From: the human T2T-CHM13v2.0 reference genome, Homo sapiens
Strand: one strand, 5' to 3'
NCBI RefSeq assembly: GCF_009914755.1
Contig: NC_060926.1
DNA: 64,000 nucleotides
Part shown: one piece after another, positions 1-18,589 of the stretch
Layout of the letters: each line of letters begins with the position of its first letter
Numbering within the stretch: the first letter of the stretch is position 1
Notes under the pieces: generated by a model
Told to the model about the DNA's origin: nothing
Databases searched by the model: none
Seen by the model: the letters and a program-made list of their open reading frames with translations, nothing else
Translations under genes and position numbers: made by a program

Positions 1-3189
<3,189 letters not shown>

Positions 3190-3252
3190 TATGATGTTAG
3201 CTGGTTATTTTGCTCGTTAGTTGATGCAGTTTCTTCCTAGCCTCAATGGTCT

Positions 3253-4269
3253 TTACAATTTGGCATGATTTTGCAGTGGCTGGTATCAGTTGTTCCTTTC
3301 CATGTTTAGTGCTTCCTTCAGGAGCTCTTTTAGGGCAGGCCTGGTGGTGACAAAATCTCTCAGCATTTGCTTGTCTGTAAAGTATTTTATTTCTCCTTCA
3401 CTTATGAAGCTTAGTTTGGCTGGATATGAAATTCTGGGTTGAAAATTCTTTTCTTTAAGAATGTTGAATATTGGCCCCCACTCTCTTCTGGCTTGTAGAG
3501 TTTCTGCCGAGAGATCCACTGTTAGTCTGATGGGCTTCCCTTTGTGGTTAACCCGACCGTTCTCTCTGGCTGCCCTTAACAGTTTTTCCTTCATTTCAGC
3601 TTTGGTGAATCTGACAATTATGTGTCTTGGAGTTGCTCTTCTGGAGGAGTATCTTTGTGGCGTTCTCTGTATTTCCTGAATCTGAATTTTGGCCTGCCTT
3701 GCCAGATTGGGGAAGTTCTCCTGGATAATATCCTGCAGAGTGTTTTCCAACTTGGTTCCATCCTCCCCATCACTTTCAGGTATACCAATCAGACGTAGAT
3801 TTGGTCTTTTCACATAGTCGCATATTTCTTGGAGGCTTTGTTCGTTTCTTTTTATTCTTTTTTCTCTAAACTTCCCTTCTCGCTTCATTTCATTCATTTG
3901 ATCTTCCATCACTGATACCCTTTCTTCCAGTTGATCGCGTCGGCTCCTGAAGCTTCTGCATTCTTTGCGTAGTTCTGGAGCCTTGGCTTTCGGCTCCATC
4001 AGCTCCTTTAAGCACTTCTCTGTATTGGTTATTCTAGTTATACATTCGTCTAAATTTTTTTCAAACTTTTCAACTTCTTTGCCTTTGGTTTGAATTTCCT
4101 CCTGTAGCTCGGAGTAGTTTGATCATCTGAAGCCTTCTTCTCTCAACTTGTGAAAGTCATCCTCCTTCCAGCTTTGTTGCATTGCTGGTGAGGAACTGCA
4201 TTCCTTTGGAGGAGGAGAGGCACTCTGGTTTTTAGAGTTTCCAGTTTTTCTGCTCTGTTTTTTCCCCAT
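3253..4269 (-). pseudogene. L1 ORF1p remnant (coiled coil/RRM/CTD) with premature stops
   Basis: ORF track 3286..3999 (RPNLRLIGIPE, ARREWGPIFNILKEKNFQPRISYPAKLSF). TGA at codon 49 and a second TGA near the C-terminus. Confidence 0.93.
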
Positions 4270-4700
4270 CTTTGTGGTTTTATCTACTTTTGGTCTTTGA
4301 TGATGGTGACGTACAGATGGGTTTTTGGTGTGGATGTCCTTTCTGTTTGTTAGTTTTCCTTCTAACAGACAGGACCTTCAGCTGCAGGTCTGTTGGAGTT
4401 TGCTAGAGGTCCACTCCAGACCCTGTTTGCCTGGGTATCAGCAGCGGTGTTTGCAAAACCGCGGATTTTCGTGATCTGCGAATGCTGCTGTCTGATCGTT
4501 CCTCTAGAAGTTTTGTCTCAGAGGAGTACCCGGCCGTGTGAGTTGTCAGTCTGCCCCTACTTGGGGGTGCCTCCCAGTTAGGCTGCTCGGGGGTCAGGGG
4601 TCAGGGACCCACTTGAGGAGGCAGTCTGCCCGTTCTCAGATCTCCAGCTGCGTGCTGGGAGAACCACTGTTCTCCTCAAAGCTGTCAGACAGGGACATTT

Positions 4701-6492
4701 TCAATATGTTTTTCTTTATAGGTTACCTGATACTTTTGCCTCACAGCTCTTAAGATTCGTTCCTTCGTCTTGACTTTAGGTAAGCTGAGGACTATGTGCT
4801 TAGGCAATGATCTTTTTGCATTGAATTTCCCAGGTGTTCTTTGAGTTTCTTCTATTTGAATATCTAGATCTCTAGCAAGGCTGGGGAGGTTTTCCTTGAT
4901 TATTTCGTCAAATATATTTTCCAAACTTTTAGACTTCTCTTCTTCCTTGGGAACGCCTATTACTCTTAGAGTTGGACATTTAACAGAGTCCCAAACTTCT
5001 TGGAGGATTTTTTCATTTTTTAAAATTTTTTCTTTGTCTTTGACAGATTGGGTTAATTTGAAAGCCTTGTCTTCAAGCTCTGAAGTTCTTTCTTCTGCTC
5101 GTTTGATACTGTTGTGAAGACTTCCCAGTGCATTTTGCTTTTCTCTAAGTGTGTCCTTGATTTACAGAAGGTGTGATTGTTTTTTATTTATGCTCTTCAA
5201 TTTCACTGAAGAATTTTCCTTTTATATCCCGTACCATGTTTTTGATGAATTTAAGTGGGACTTTGCCTTTCTCTGTTGCCTCCTTGATTAGCTTAATAGT
5301 CGACTTTCTGAATTCTTTTTCTGGTAATTCAGAGATTTTGTCTTGTTTTGGATTAATTGCTGGTGAGCTGGTATGATCTTTTGGGGGTGTTAACCTTGTT
5401 TTGTCATATTACCAGAATTGTTTTTCTGGTTCTTTCTCATTTGAGTAGATGATGTCATAAGGAAGATGTGTGATTCAAGGGCTGCTGTTCAGATTCTTTT
5501 GGCCCATGGGGTGCTCCCTTGATGTGGTGCTCTCTCCTTTCCCCTAGGAATGGGCCTTCCTGAGAGCTAAACTGTAGTAAATGTTTTTTCTCTTCTTGGT
5601 CTAGCCACCTAGCAGAGCTACCAGGCTCCGGGCTGGTACTGTGTAGTGTCTGCAGAGTCCTGTGATGTATCTCATCTTCAGGTCTTGCAGCCGTGGATAC
5701 CAGCACCTGCTCTGGTGGAGGTAGCAGGGGAGTGATGTGGACTCTGAGGGTCCTTGGTTGTGTTTTTGTTTAGAGCACTGATTTTGTGTTGGTTAGCCTC
5801 CAGTCAGGAGGTGGAGCTTTCAAGAGCGCATCAGCTGCAGTCCTATAGGGAGGATGCACACTTGCCCTAGGGACACCTGGTTAAGCATTCAGGTTTCTCA
5901 GGTGGTGAGCAGGGCCATAGAACTCCCAAGAGATTATGGCCTTTGTCTTTGGTTACCAGGGCAGGTAGGGAAAGACCACCAGGTTGGGGCAGGGATAGGC
6001 ATGTCTGAGCTCAGCATCTCTTTGGGTGGGGCTTGTTGCAGCTGTTGTGGGGGTTGGGAGTATGGTTCCCAGTCCAGTGGAGTTATATTCCCAGGGGGAT
6101 TATGGCTGCCTCTTTTGAGTCACATAGGTTGCCAGGGAAGTGGGAGAAAGCTGGCAGTCACTGGCTTCGTCCTGCTTCCACACAGCTGGCAGTCCTAAAG
6201 GCTGGTCTCACTCCTACCGTGAGTAGGAGGGCTCACTACCAGGGCTGAGAACTTGCCCCAGACCATGAGCCATCGAGAAAAGAAGCAGCAGAATCACAGT
6301 TTTTCAGCATCTTAGGGGGCCTGCAGCAGTGATTCAGTTCCTTCTAAGGGCCTGTGGATTCTCTCAGCTTTCCTGGTGTGTTCCTGTGGTAGTTCTTGGA
6401 GCAAAAGGTCATGATGTGCATCTCCACACACTGCTCTGTCCCTCTGAGCAGGAGCTGCAAGCTAGTCCTGCCTTCTATCTGCCATCTTAATC
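4701..6492 (-). mobile_element. Older LINE-1 5' portion (L1PB/L1PBa-like 5'UTR plus ORF1 N-half), interrupted by the L1PA
   Basis: ORF 4685..4924 (ENIFDEIIKENLPSLARDLDIQIEETQRTPGKF) is an older-type ORF1. The minus-strand 5' end GATTAAGATGGCAGATAGAAGGCAGGACTAGCTTGCAGCTCC carries the YY1 core (GCCATCTT at 6481-6488). Confidence 0.85.
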
Positions 6493-7477
6493 CCCAGTTC
6501 CCAGCTCTTAACTCAACACTTGGCATATAGTAGGTGCTCAGTTGAAGTTTGTTGACTTGAACTGTCAAAAACTAGTAAAATTTACTGAAATTTAGGGGTC
6601 TCAGAGTACTTCTAATTTTTATAAAAATTCCTTTTTTATTTTTCTCTTTTTTGAGTATAATGCATACGTTTGTAAGTGCATCTGTTGGATACATTTTTAG
6701 TTGTTTTTAATCTTGTAAAACATGCTGGTGGTTTGTGCCAGTATACGTGAATATTTGTATGTGTTTGTGATTTGTATCTAGGTGCAGTTGTTAAATACAT
6801 GAGCCATTTCCTATGGCATCAAGTACTTTTGACAAGTGTGAACCAAGTCGGAGTTAGAAATGGTGGTCTCAGACATAGGATTCTAGTGCTGTGACTAAGG
6901 TGCAGTTTACCCCTCAGGGATGTTGGAAAACAAATGAGGTTGTTTACCTGAAAAGTAACTCTTGCTTCTCCAGTGAAAAGTCCTATGCTAATTTCTGGTA
7001 CAGTTAATCCTCTATTCCCCATGTCAATAGAAAAAAAAAAGAGTGCAGATTGTCTAAAGTCGTTGATTCCTGATTTTGAATTGAATTATAATGTATTTTG
7101 GATGCTGGCAGGAAACCAGCCTTCTGTGTGGATAAAACAAGGCTATTGTTCATGCGAGTCAGTATTCAATAAATCTGTATTATGAGCTCTTGTCTAAGCC
7201 CTATCAGGGGCAGGTGATGTGTAATACATTTGCATTATGAAGGGCCCAGGCAAGTACAATACATCTGAATGTATGGGTGTACTCAAGTTCCATCTGTGTT
7301 TTCTATTTAGATCATAGGAAAGTTATGTGGCCTCATTAGGTTTGTAAATGCTTTCACCATGTTACATTTCATTGTTTTACTGAAATGCTTATGTGAAGAG
7401 TATCTCCAGATCTTCAGCAGAACTACTGATGAAGTCATCGACCATTAGGATTAGTACAGTGGAATGGTTGGTCTAAG

Positions 7478-7642
7478 GTCCAAAGTGTGGTGCCAGATCA
7501 GCAACATCAGCATCATCTAGGAAACTGTTAGAAATGTAGTCTCAAGCTCCATTCCACAGACCTAATGACTCAAATGGGAGTGGGGTCCAGCAGTCTGTTT
7601 TAACAAGCCTTCTGACGCAGCGTCAAGTTTAGGAACCACTGG
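7478..7642. mobile_element. MER5A-like hAT-Charlie MITE
   Basis: caaagtgtggt...cagcaacatcagcatcatctaggaaactgttagaaatg...ttttaacaagcc...aagtttaggaaccactg resembles the MER5A consensus. Confidence 0.75.
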
Positions 7643-8149
7643 CTAAGCCGTAAAATCAAGATGTTTTCAGTGTCTTGCATAACATCTCAGAATTCATCAT
7701 CTGGTAAAAATGTGTGTGTATTTTTTTTTTTTATAAACAGGTATGAAGTCTTTCTCCAGACAACAAGAGTGACATCACTCGTCATGTTTCCATTTCTGCC
7801 TTTTCCTTCAGGAAACTTGGAGCTGTGCTTATTGCTTAATCATAGGCATTCCATTTACTCCATTTGCCTGGGCTTTTTATTTCCTCTTCCTTTCCATGAA
7901 TTTTATTTGCTTGTTTTATTTAACAGCCTTTCTATGAATCTTTTATTATAGGCCTTCTCAAATCCATTTTGCTAGTTAGTGGGTTGGCAGTGTGGGGTGC
8001 GATATAATTTGAAACAAATTGACTCACTCACATGATATGATTGACAGTGGAAGTATTTGACAAAGAAATGATAGTAGGGGAAGCTAGCATGGAATTAAGC
8101 ATATTTTGCAGAATACCATGTATGCCCTTGAATACTTACACATGGTAAG

Positions 8150-8800
8150 ACAATTCAAACAGTATAGAGAAATATAAAATGAAAAGTTTAAAACCTCCCT
8201 CACTCCCTTAGTGATGGCTCTTTCCCCAAAGATAATCATTAACACAGTTTAGAAAATAAAGGTTAGACATAGAGCCCACATATATATGTATATGTATTTA
8301 TGCATTTGCTTTTTAAAAATCACAAAAAGGACCTAGTGTACATTCTTGTTTGCATCTTTTTTTCTCGTAATATAGCATATGGTCTTCTTATTAAAGTCTG
8401 TACGATATTCTTTTGTATGATTGTACTTTATAAACCTACCTCCTATTATCAGGTATTTAGATTATGTGCATTCTCGCCTATATTATCTTGACACACTTTT
8501 GAAATTTATCAGCTAGGAAAATTCTTGGAAATGGAATTTTGGGATTAAAGAGTATATACATTTAAAAAATGAATAGGTACTGCCTAGTAACTTTCCAGAA
8601 AATATAAATTAATTTGCTTTTCAAATGAGACTCTCTTTTCCCATAGGATATTATCAAATGAAAACCTTTTTACCAATTTTATGGGTGTAGAAATCGAATC
8701 TAATTGTTTTGATTCACATTTCTTTAACTCTGATAAGGTTGAGCATTTAAAAAAGATTTATTAGCTAATTTTATTTCTTTTTTTTTTTTGTGGACTGGTG
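8150..8800 (-). mobile_element. Highly degraded L1M(E) 3' fragment
   Basis: ggaaatggaattttgggattaaagagtata...tgattcacatttctttaactctgataaggttgagcattt is typical antisense L1M sequence. Confidence 0.5.
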
Positions 8801-11800
8801 TTTAGAGATGACACTTATCTATGTTTTTCATGATCTAATCTTCAAGTTCCCATACCTGGAAATCCTTAGAATCCATCAGAGAAGCTATTTTTGTTAATTT
8901 TTTTTAATACAGATTTTCTGATTCTACTCTAGAGTTCTCGAGTCTGTTTCTCAACTCTTAATAGCCTGCTTTTACAGATTCTGTTGCCAATCAGTCAGGT
9001 GTAGGCTGTGGTCCAAGAGCAGCATAAACATAGCATCTAAGGGAGCTTTCTCACACCAGCAGTGTCTCTGCTGTCTATATCCAATTGACTAGAAATCAGT
9101 TTTCAATATTGCATTGTGAGCAATATTATCGTTGGAAGCCAAAGTACTGTGTCAACTTTTTTTAAGCAAAAAAAGTATATGTAAAAAGTAATATCATATT
9201 AGGATCCAAACTGCCTTTTGTGGCAGAAATGAAAATGGAATATAGAGAATAATTTTTTCTAGGAGAATTCCCATTTGTGAATGATGTGCTAGTTCAGTGT
9301 TTTCCTTTCATAATCATTAACTCATCATGCTCTCCATACTACCTTTTGAGCCTAGAAGCCCAGAGCTGAATTTTAAGACCAATCATAGCAACTGTATTTT
9401 GCTAGGTTTCTGATATTTATATTTTTTTCCGAATTTCTATTGTTTTTGAGAATGTTACACTCATCTCCAAAACTCTCCCAGGGCTTGTGTTTTCCCTTCT
9501 TCTTGACTTTATAAAGGATCAACACATCTTTAAGTACCATCTGCAGTTGGCCTTTTCCTCACCCAAGGGAAACTGAGGATATTTGGGAGTCCCGAACTGG
9601 GTCCTCCAGACACCCTCTGTTACTCAGTAATTATGGCGCCAACATCCGGCCAGGCAGCTGTTCCTTGCCCAGGAGAGACTAAGATGGGGGAAAGAGGAGG
9701 TTGAGTTTGTGAGTTACTGGGTACATTTTCTACCTTCTGATTTACTGCAACATGATACAGAAACATGGATAAATAAACCAGCCCAAATTTTCTCATGTGT
9801 AAAGAAAAGTGAAATGACGAGATAGAGAGAGAGAGAGATTAGAAAAAAGAAGAATTTCATCTTTCTACTATGTTACAGACTTACCACACTACAGTTTATC
9901 TGGCCCGAAATTCTTTTAGTTGTTCATCTCCCACTTATTTTATTCTCCTTTCCACCTCATTTCTGTGAGATTTGCACTTTCCACTTATTCTTGAAATCAG
10001 TTAACAGTTAATCTATTCCCTGGCATTAGCACTTCCCCTGGGGACTTACCTATTGATTGGCCTTTTAATCTAGTTGTTAAAATTCTCCCAATACTCACTG
10101 ACATGGAGCAGTTTCAATTTGTGTGTTTTAAAGTGTTGGCCAGGGTCATTAGAAAAGTGAAGTTCACATATCTACTTTGTGGCACAAGGACAGTACCTGG
10201 CAATTGATTTGCTATGTGACTGTGGGTTTTGGGGAAGAAGAAGGGAAGAGGTATAGAGAACAATTACCAAGTCTACTCTAATTCTGGGGTCCATCCGCAT
10301 TCTGCACCATACAGCGTGATCAATAAGAACATATCTTATAACCTTTACAGGTTATTGAAAATGTGCATAAGTTAGGGATACTGGCCAAAGGGTGGCCACT
10401 TGCATCTTTAAAATGTGTAGGTGGTTCTTTAGCAATCTCAGAATCTATGGCCACTTTTCCCTAGAACTAGTTGGTGTTGTGTTTGTATATTTTTACAAAT
10501 TTATGTAATTAGAAATAGGACTTGATAAGCAATAGAACTTTGATAGATGTTCAGTTAAAGAACTTGTACCTTTTTTCTTCCCTCAGATTAATTTGTGTTT
10601 TATGCCACTATTCAGAAAAAGAAATTTCAGAGTATTAGAATAAGATATAATTTTAAAGTGATTTTATTAAAGCATTTGTTAAAACATTTACTAAATGGTC
10701 CCTAATGTATTTTTAATACTCACTGTTAATATTTCTTAAATTCTCACATTCTACAGTTTTGTAATGACAAACTTTCTCATCCATTAAAATCTTTCTTTGG
10801 AAATAGCTTATGGTTTAAAGGTGTTTCTAAAAAAATAGTATTTTTAAATTTGCGTTATATTTTTGTTTGAAAGATGGTACTATTCTTTGAAAAATCAAAA
10901 CATTGGCCTTTAGTAGAGAATATATATATTAAAATCGCCTCAAATAATATAAAATTATACTTTTAACATTTCTGTCTTTCCTATTAAATTATGATTTTCT
11001 GGAGGATAAGGATCAACTCTTATACAAATCTGAACCTTCATAACTAGCACAGGGCTTGGCCCGTATTGAATTCTCAGAAAATACTTCTTGAATAAGACAA
11101 TAAATTAATTGCCTCTTTGGTGAAGTTAATATATTCTGTAGTACCCTGGGGTTATGAAATACCCCATGAACTGAAAGGACAAAATCCAAAATATAATGAC
11201 TTAGTTTCTTAAAATGGTGACAGTTTAGCTTCTTAAGAGGCATTCTGTGGAGGTCATGTTGAGGCTGTTGGAGCATTTAGAATGGTGGACACCAGCTGGC
11301 AGGCAGGAACCAAAACAGTCATGGGGTGCGTTTGTCCTCCTGTTACGTTTTGTTCATTTTGAACCAGTTTACAACATTAAAAATGCAGTGATCTTACAAT
11401 AAAAGTACAGACTTCTGAGGTTTCTTAAAAACTCAGCAGAGCTAACCTCACTAGCCCTTGTGGCAACATTCAGCCAGAGCTGGTAGTGGGTGTTCCTTAT
11501 AGATGGACACACACTCTAGATTTTATCACTGTCCAATGGGAAAGAGACATTCTGTGGGATGCATGCTGTGTAGTATAAATATATGGAACCCTACAACTTG
11601 GTGTAGGATGTGGAGGAATCTGTGCTCCACAGTCAGGCAGATCCTTTTGAACTGGCCATGCAAAAACAAATAGGGAAAGCAGGGCCAGAATCAACTCTCG
11701 TCCTTAGACTGGCTGCCAAACCTCAGTTCCTGGAGAGAGAGCAGAGGGAGTAGTATAGATCCCCCTCTGCCTGGCTGAAAAAGGAGGATGGCTCTTTAGT

Positions 11801-11859
11801 GTGGAGTCTGTGAAGCACATGGCAGAAGGCAGGGGGCTTGCTAGGGGCAAAGAAGGGGG

Positions 11860-13720
<1,861 letters not shown>

Positions 13721-13724
13721 TACT

Positions 13725-14020
13725 GATAAAGCATTTAGACTTTATCCTGTGAGCAGTGGGGAACCATTGACAGTTTCTAACTGTGGACCTATATTATTAG
13801 ATCTTTTAGAAAACTGTAATACAGAATGTTTGGAAAGAAAAGAAACAGTCAGACCAGCAAAAATTAAGCGTCTGAACTAAAATTTAGGCCATAGGCATGA
13901 TGAAGAAAGGGGAAGTGATTTGAAGAGTATCTAGAAAGTAGGATCAGTAAAATGGGGAGATTGCATGTTGGGAGGGAAAAACTGTCTAGAACAATTCTGG
14001 GGTTTGGGGGTCTGCAAAGT
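13725..14020 (-). mobile_element. L2 fragment
   Basis: tttagactttatcctgtgagcagtggggaaccattgacagtttc is a common antisense L2 motif. Confidence 0.55.
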
Positions 14021-14254
14021 AACCAGAAAGGATTTCATGTGTTAAATTTTTGATGCTGCATTTTAGAGTAAAGAGTTCCCAAGGACTATACCACTAAAAG
14101 AAACTTGACCTGTGTTGAGCTATATTTAATCAGCTGGATTTTTAAGTGAATCCCAATATTAATTCATATTGAATTAATTTTTTTCTTCCAAAAAATACTG
14201 AGCTGGGATAAACTAGAAATATAATGAACCAGAATATCAATATTGTTTTCATCT

Positions 14255-14338
14255 GTTTTGTTTTCTTTGTAACACCAGAACCTAGAGTAGTACCTAATAC
14301 ATATTAGACACAGTAAATATTTATTAAATGAATGAATT
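14255..14338 (+). mobile_element. L2 3' end
   Basis: cctagagtagtacctaatacatattagacacagtaaatatttattaaatgaatgaat ends in the (TGAA)n tail. Confidence 0.65.
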
Positions 14339-15369
14339 TTCCCAACTAAATCAATAATCTGAAATTTGTGATTCATTTTTGCCATGAGCATTGAGTTACT
14401 ACTGGGAGATGTTGAACTTGCAGTGTAATAAATATTGGAGGAGAAATGCTTTGTTCACTCGTCTTGTGGTAAGCAGGACTGATTGTATTAAATTACAGAC
14501 AATTCGGATGTTTTCTGATTTTGCATGGGCTCGATCTCTATGGCCTCATCAAATCTTCACAGCAGGAAGGCATCAAGAGAGATCCTCTTTTTTCTCCTGT
14601 TGATTATAAGCCAAAGGGAACAAAGATTTCCAGGCAATATGGAAATTCCTTTGTGACACAATTGTAGGGGAAGGGAAACCCCCACATTCTTACTGGTCCA
14701 ACCAGTGCAAGCTGCGATTCGATCATTTCCTTTTTTTCCCTCATGTCTAGGAGTTTATTCTAAGAAAATAATGGGGCATAGACCATATAATGTAGTAGCA
14801 AGGATGTTGCTCACGCATTATCTAGAACATAAAAATTTGGAACTCCCTGAAATGAGTAATAATAAGAAGTTGAAATGGGGGACATGGCCCTTTAAAATAA
14901 CCTACATTTTGATCTGTATTGATAAGATTTTATAGTTAAAGCAAACTGGGTTAAAGAGAAACCAACTTCTAACATATGGAAACACTTCTTTCCTCTAATT
15001 CTCTCGAGACCTTGCGCTATTTCTCAGATACCTGTCCACAATTTTCCCATTGACTTTAATAGCTTGAGGAGAAGCTAGCAGATTCAGAGAAGGCCTAGAG
15101 CATTTGGCCAGTTGGCAAAGTGCGAGTACCCCAGAGCCCCAGGTTTCAATGTTTGCTTCCTTCTCTTCACCCTTCTTCAGCACCCAGCTTTCACATGCTT
15201 GCTTTATACTTCTTAAAACCTAAATGACCACTTTCCCCTACAGTGACACATTCTTAGCATGTCCAGGATACATTGAGCAAGCCAGCCTCTCTCAAAGGCA
15301 GTTCTTTTGTTCACCTTATCTTCTAACTGGCTGAAGACTTTTAAAACCTGGCATATGAAACCAGGCTGC

Positions 15370-15520
15370 TTCAATTCAAATTTTGAGTCTGCCACTTTCT
15401 ATAATACAATTATAGGTGACAATTGATCTTCCTTAGCTTACTCATCTGTAAAAACTGGGATTAAGATAATAACCTACCTCAGAGGGTAATTGACGGAGTC
15501 AAATGTAAAGCATGGAATGA
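15370..15520 (+). mobile_element. MIR
   Basis: ttcaaattttgagtctgccact...ctcatctgtaaaaactgggat...ataacctacctcagagggt matches the MIR core. Confidence 0.7.
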
Positions 15521-15834
15521 TTCTTTTCAAATAATATATCATTTTCAGCCATCAACTACAAAAGAAAGGTGAGGGTGGAGTGTTTCTTTGTAGTACTTCT
15601 GCAGGTATGATGCCTGGTCTATTTCATTTCCTTTTGATCCCCTTTTACTGGGCTCTAATGATCAGGCCCAGAATATCTCCCATAGAAGCAGCTGTGTTAT
15701 ATTTTCTTATTTAATTAACGTTGATGTGTTGGTATTTCACTGGGTAATACTCATTCTTCTTCACCCTACTCCTAATTGGTTCTGAGGTCACAGCTTTAAG
15801 TGATTGGATTTTATTCATTTATCATTAATTAAGA

Positions 15835-16015
15835 ACTCTACTGTCCAGTACTGTAGCCACTGGCCACATGTGACTATTTAACTTAAATTTCAATTAAATA
15901 CAATTAAATTCAGTGCCTCAGTCACACATTTCAGTTGTGGCTAGTGGCTCCCAAATCGGACAGCATTGACATAGAACATTTCCGTCATTACAGAAAGTCT
16001 TATTGGACAGCTGAC
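15835..16015. mobile_element. MER3 (hAT-Charlie MITE)
   Basis: ctgtccagtactgtagccactggccacatgtgacta...gtggctagtggct...tagaacatttccgtcattacagaaagtcttattggacagc, with ctgtcca/tggacag inverted ends. Confidence 0.75.
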
Positions 16016-16245
16016 TTAGACCCTTCCTTTTGCTACCCTTGTTATAGAGAATCACTGTAGCATTTATCCTCACTACCTGCGTGCTCTCATGCACAGACAA
16101 GCTGGCAGAAAGCTTCAGATCCCTATAAGCATAAAAACAGGAATTAGAACAACCAGTTATCTCATATCAAATGCTGATCCTTCAAAGACTTTTGATCAAA
16201 TTCCTTTGCCTCTTGTAGGATAATTCTCTACAATATGTGCTCAGG

Positions 16246-16273
16246 GTGTGTGTGTGTGTGTGTGTGTCTGTGT
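16246..16273. repeat. (TG)n microsatellite
   Basis: About 11 perfect TG units followed by an interrupted tail. Confidence 0.9.
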
Positions 16274-17327
16274 TTCTTTCTGCTCATAAGGAAAAAGACC
16301 TTGCAGGATACAGTGTAACTACAGAAATTGTATGGTTTTGATATTGGAACTATGTTATTCTACGTTACAGAGTGAAATCAGAATGAATGTATCATTAGCT
16401 TTCCTGTTGATTCCTGACTACATTACTTGTATTTATTCCCTTTTGCCTGAATCCCAGGCCTGCCTGCTTTTCCGCTATGAATAACATCAGAATAAGTGAC
16501 TAGAAAGAGAGGCCAGAAAGTATGCCACCTTTAGAGAGGGGTCATGTAATCAAGGCTTAGTTCTCACAAGCATAGTTACTCACAGTCCAGATGTCAGGGC
16601 GGGGGTCCCAGTGAGCTGAAGGCATCTCAGTGTGCCACTGCAAACGAGGACATTGAACTGCAGGGAAGTTTTATTGCTCAAGTTCACCCTGCTCTTTGTA
16701 GCAGAGCAGGAGTCAAAGTTCAAGTTTGCAGTCTGCAAAAGCTGTTCTTTTCTGGTTGCTCCATGCTGCCTCTGAAAATGTTGGTGTCTGTGTGTGTTTC
16801 ATTTCTCAAAATGTGACCGTCCCGCTGGCTACCTTTAGAGTAATAGGTGTGAGTGTATGTTCGTCCCTGGAGAGGCCTCAAGACATTTTCTCTTTTGTTG
16901 TCATAAAAATCGAGTGTGCTTGGCTGGAAAGGTAGAGTGTACTTCACCTGGAGTATTTCAAGGGTAACACCAGACAACCACTTCCATCAAGAGGGTGAAA
17001 AACACTTTAGGGAAGTTACTGCCAAAGAAGTGAAGAGAATCCCATCAGGTTTAGGGCTGAGCATTGTAGAAACCAGGAAAGATGCCATGGTAGTTTCATA
17101 GGTCAGGGCCTGCCTACTTCCTTTCCCCAAAGACTCGGAAGACCCACAGGCAGGATAGAGAGAGGAGACCTGGTGGAATACATCGTACTGTGATTATGCG
17201 GGACTGCTAAGAGCCCCTTAACTGAGCCGTGTGGAGAACTTCTCAGTGCTGTTTGCTGCAGCCTGTGGAATAACAGAATACATTTCGGGCTGTTTCTTCC
17301 CGCTGGCAACTTTGCAGAAGCATTATA

Positions 17328-17493
17328 AGGTTTCCCAAACTGTGTTGCAAGTTAGAATCACCTGGAGGATTCTTAAAATCCCAGTGTCAAGGTCGCATCC
17401 CATAGCAGTGAAATGGTAATGGGTGAGAGCCATCATGAGGAGTTTTTCAGGATCCCCAGGGGATTCCAATGTGTAGCAAATTTGGAAACCTTG
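17328..17493. mobile_element. MER5-family MITE
   Basis: ggtttcccaaact...ttagaatcacctggagga...ccccaggggattccaatgtgtagcaaatttggaaacc, with inverted termini. Confidence 0.7.
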
Positions 17494-17519
17494 GCCCTTT
17501 TTGATACCCTCTTTCTTTA

Positions 17520-18070
<551 letters not shown>

Positions 18071-18589
18071 CCATGTAACCAATGTATTTTATTTGAATAT
18101 AATATTTATATTTGGCAATTTTTATTTAGTTTTAAAGCCATATATGGACTTTAAAGCTTAATATCAGTTTTCTGTCTGTATTCATAAGTAGTATCATAAT
18201 TAACATTCATTAGTTAACGGAATGGGTGAGGTTCTGTCTGTGAAACCGTTTTCTCCTTTTATAGGAGAAAACACTTTTCAAATTTGAGAAGGTCTGCCCC
18301 AGACCTTCCCTAACTAATTTGCTTCACTTCTGCCTGTGTTTTTATCCTCACCACAAGATGCTGATCTTAGCTTGGGATCAGCTAGAAAGTCTGACAGGTG
18401 GTGACCCAGGCTTTTGACTTCTTATAATAGAGCTTGGCATGCTATGGCGCCTCTTGGAAGACCTTTCAAAGGTCTTTCTGAATGGAAAGCAAACGTTCCT
18501 GGGCAGTGTCTTGACCCAGATGAGTAACCAGGTGCCTTCTTCACCTACTGTGAGCTGATTTTAAGGACTATGTTAGCTAGCAAGCATGT

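Noticed and set aside
9625-9655. CTCF-like motifs here and at ~18445 and ~21160
   Set aside because: Each has multiple mismatches in the core and cannot be supported without ChIP data.
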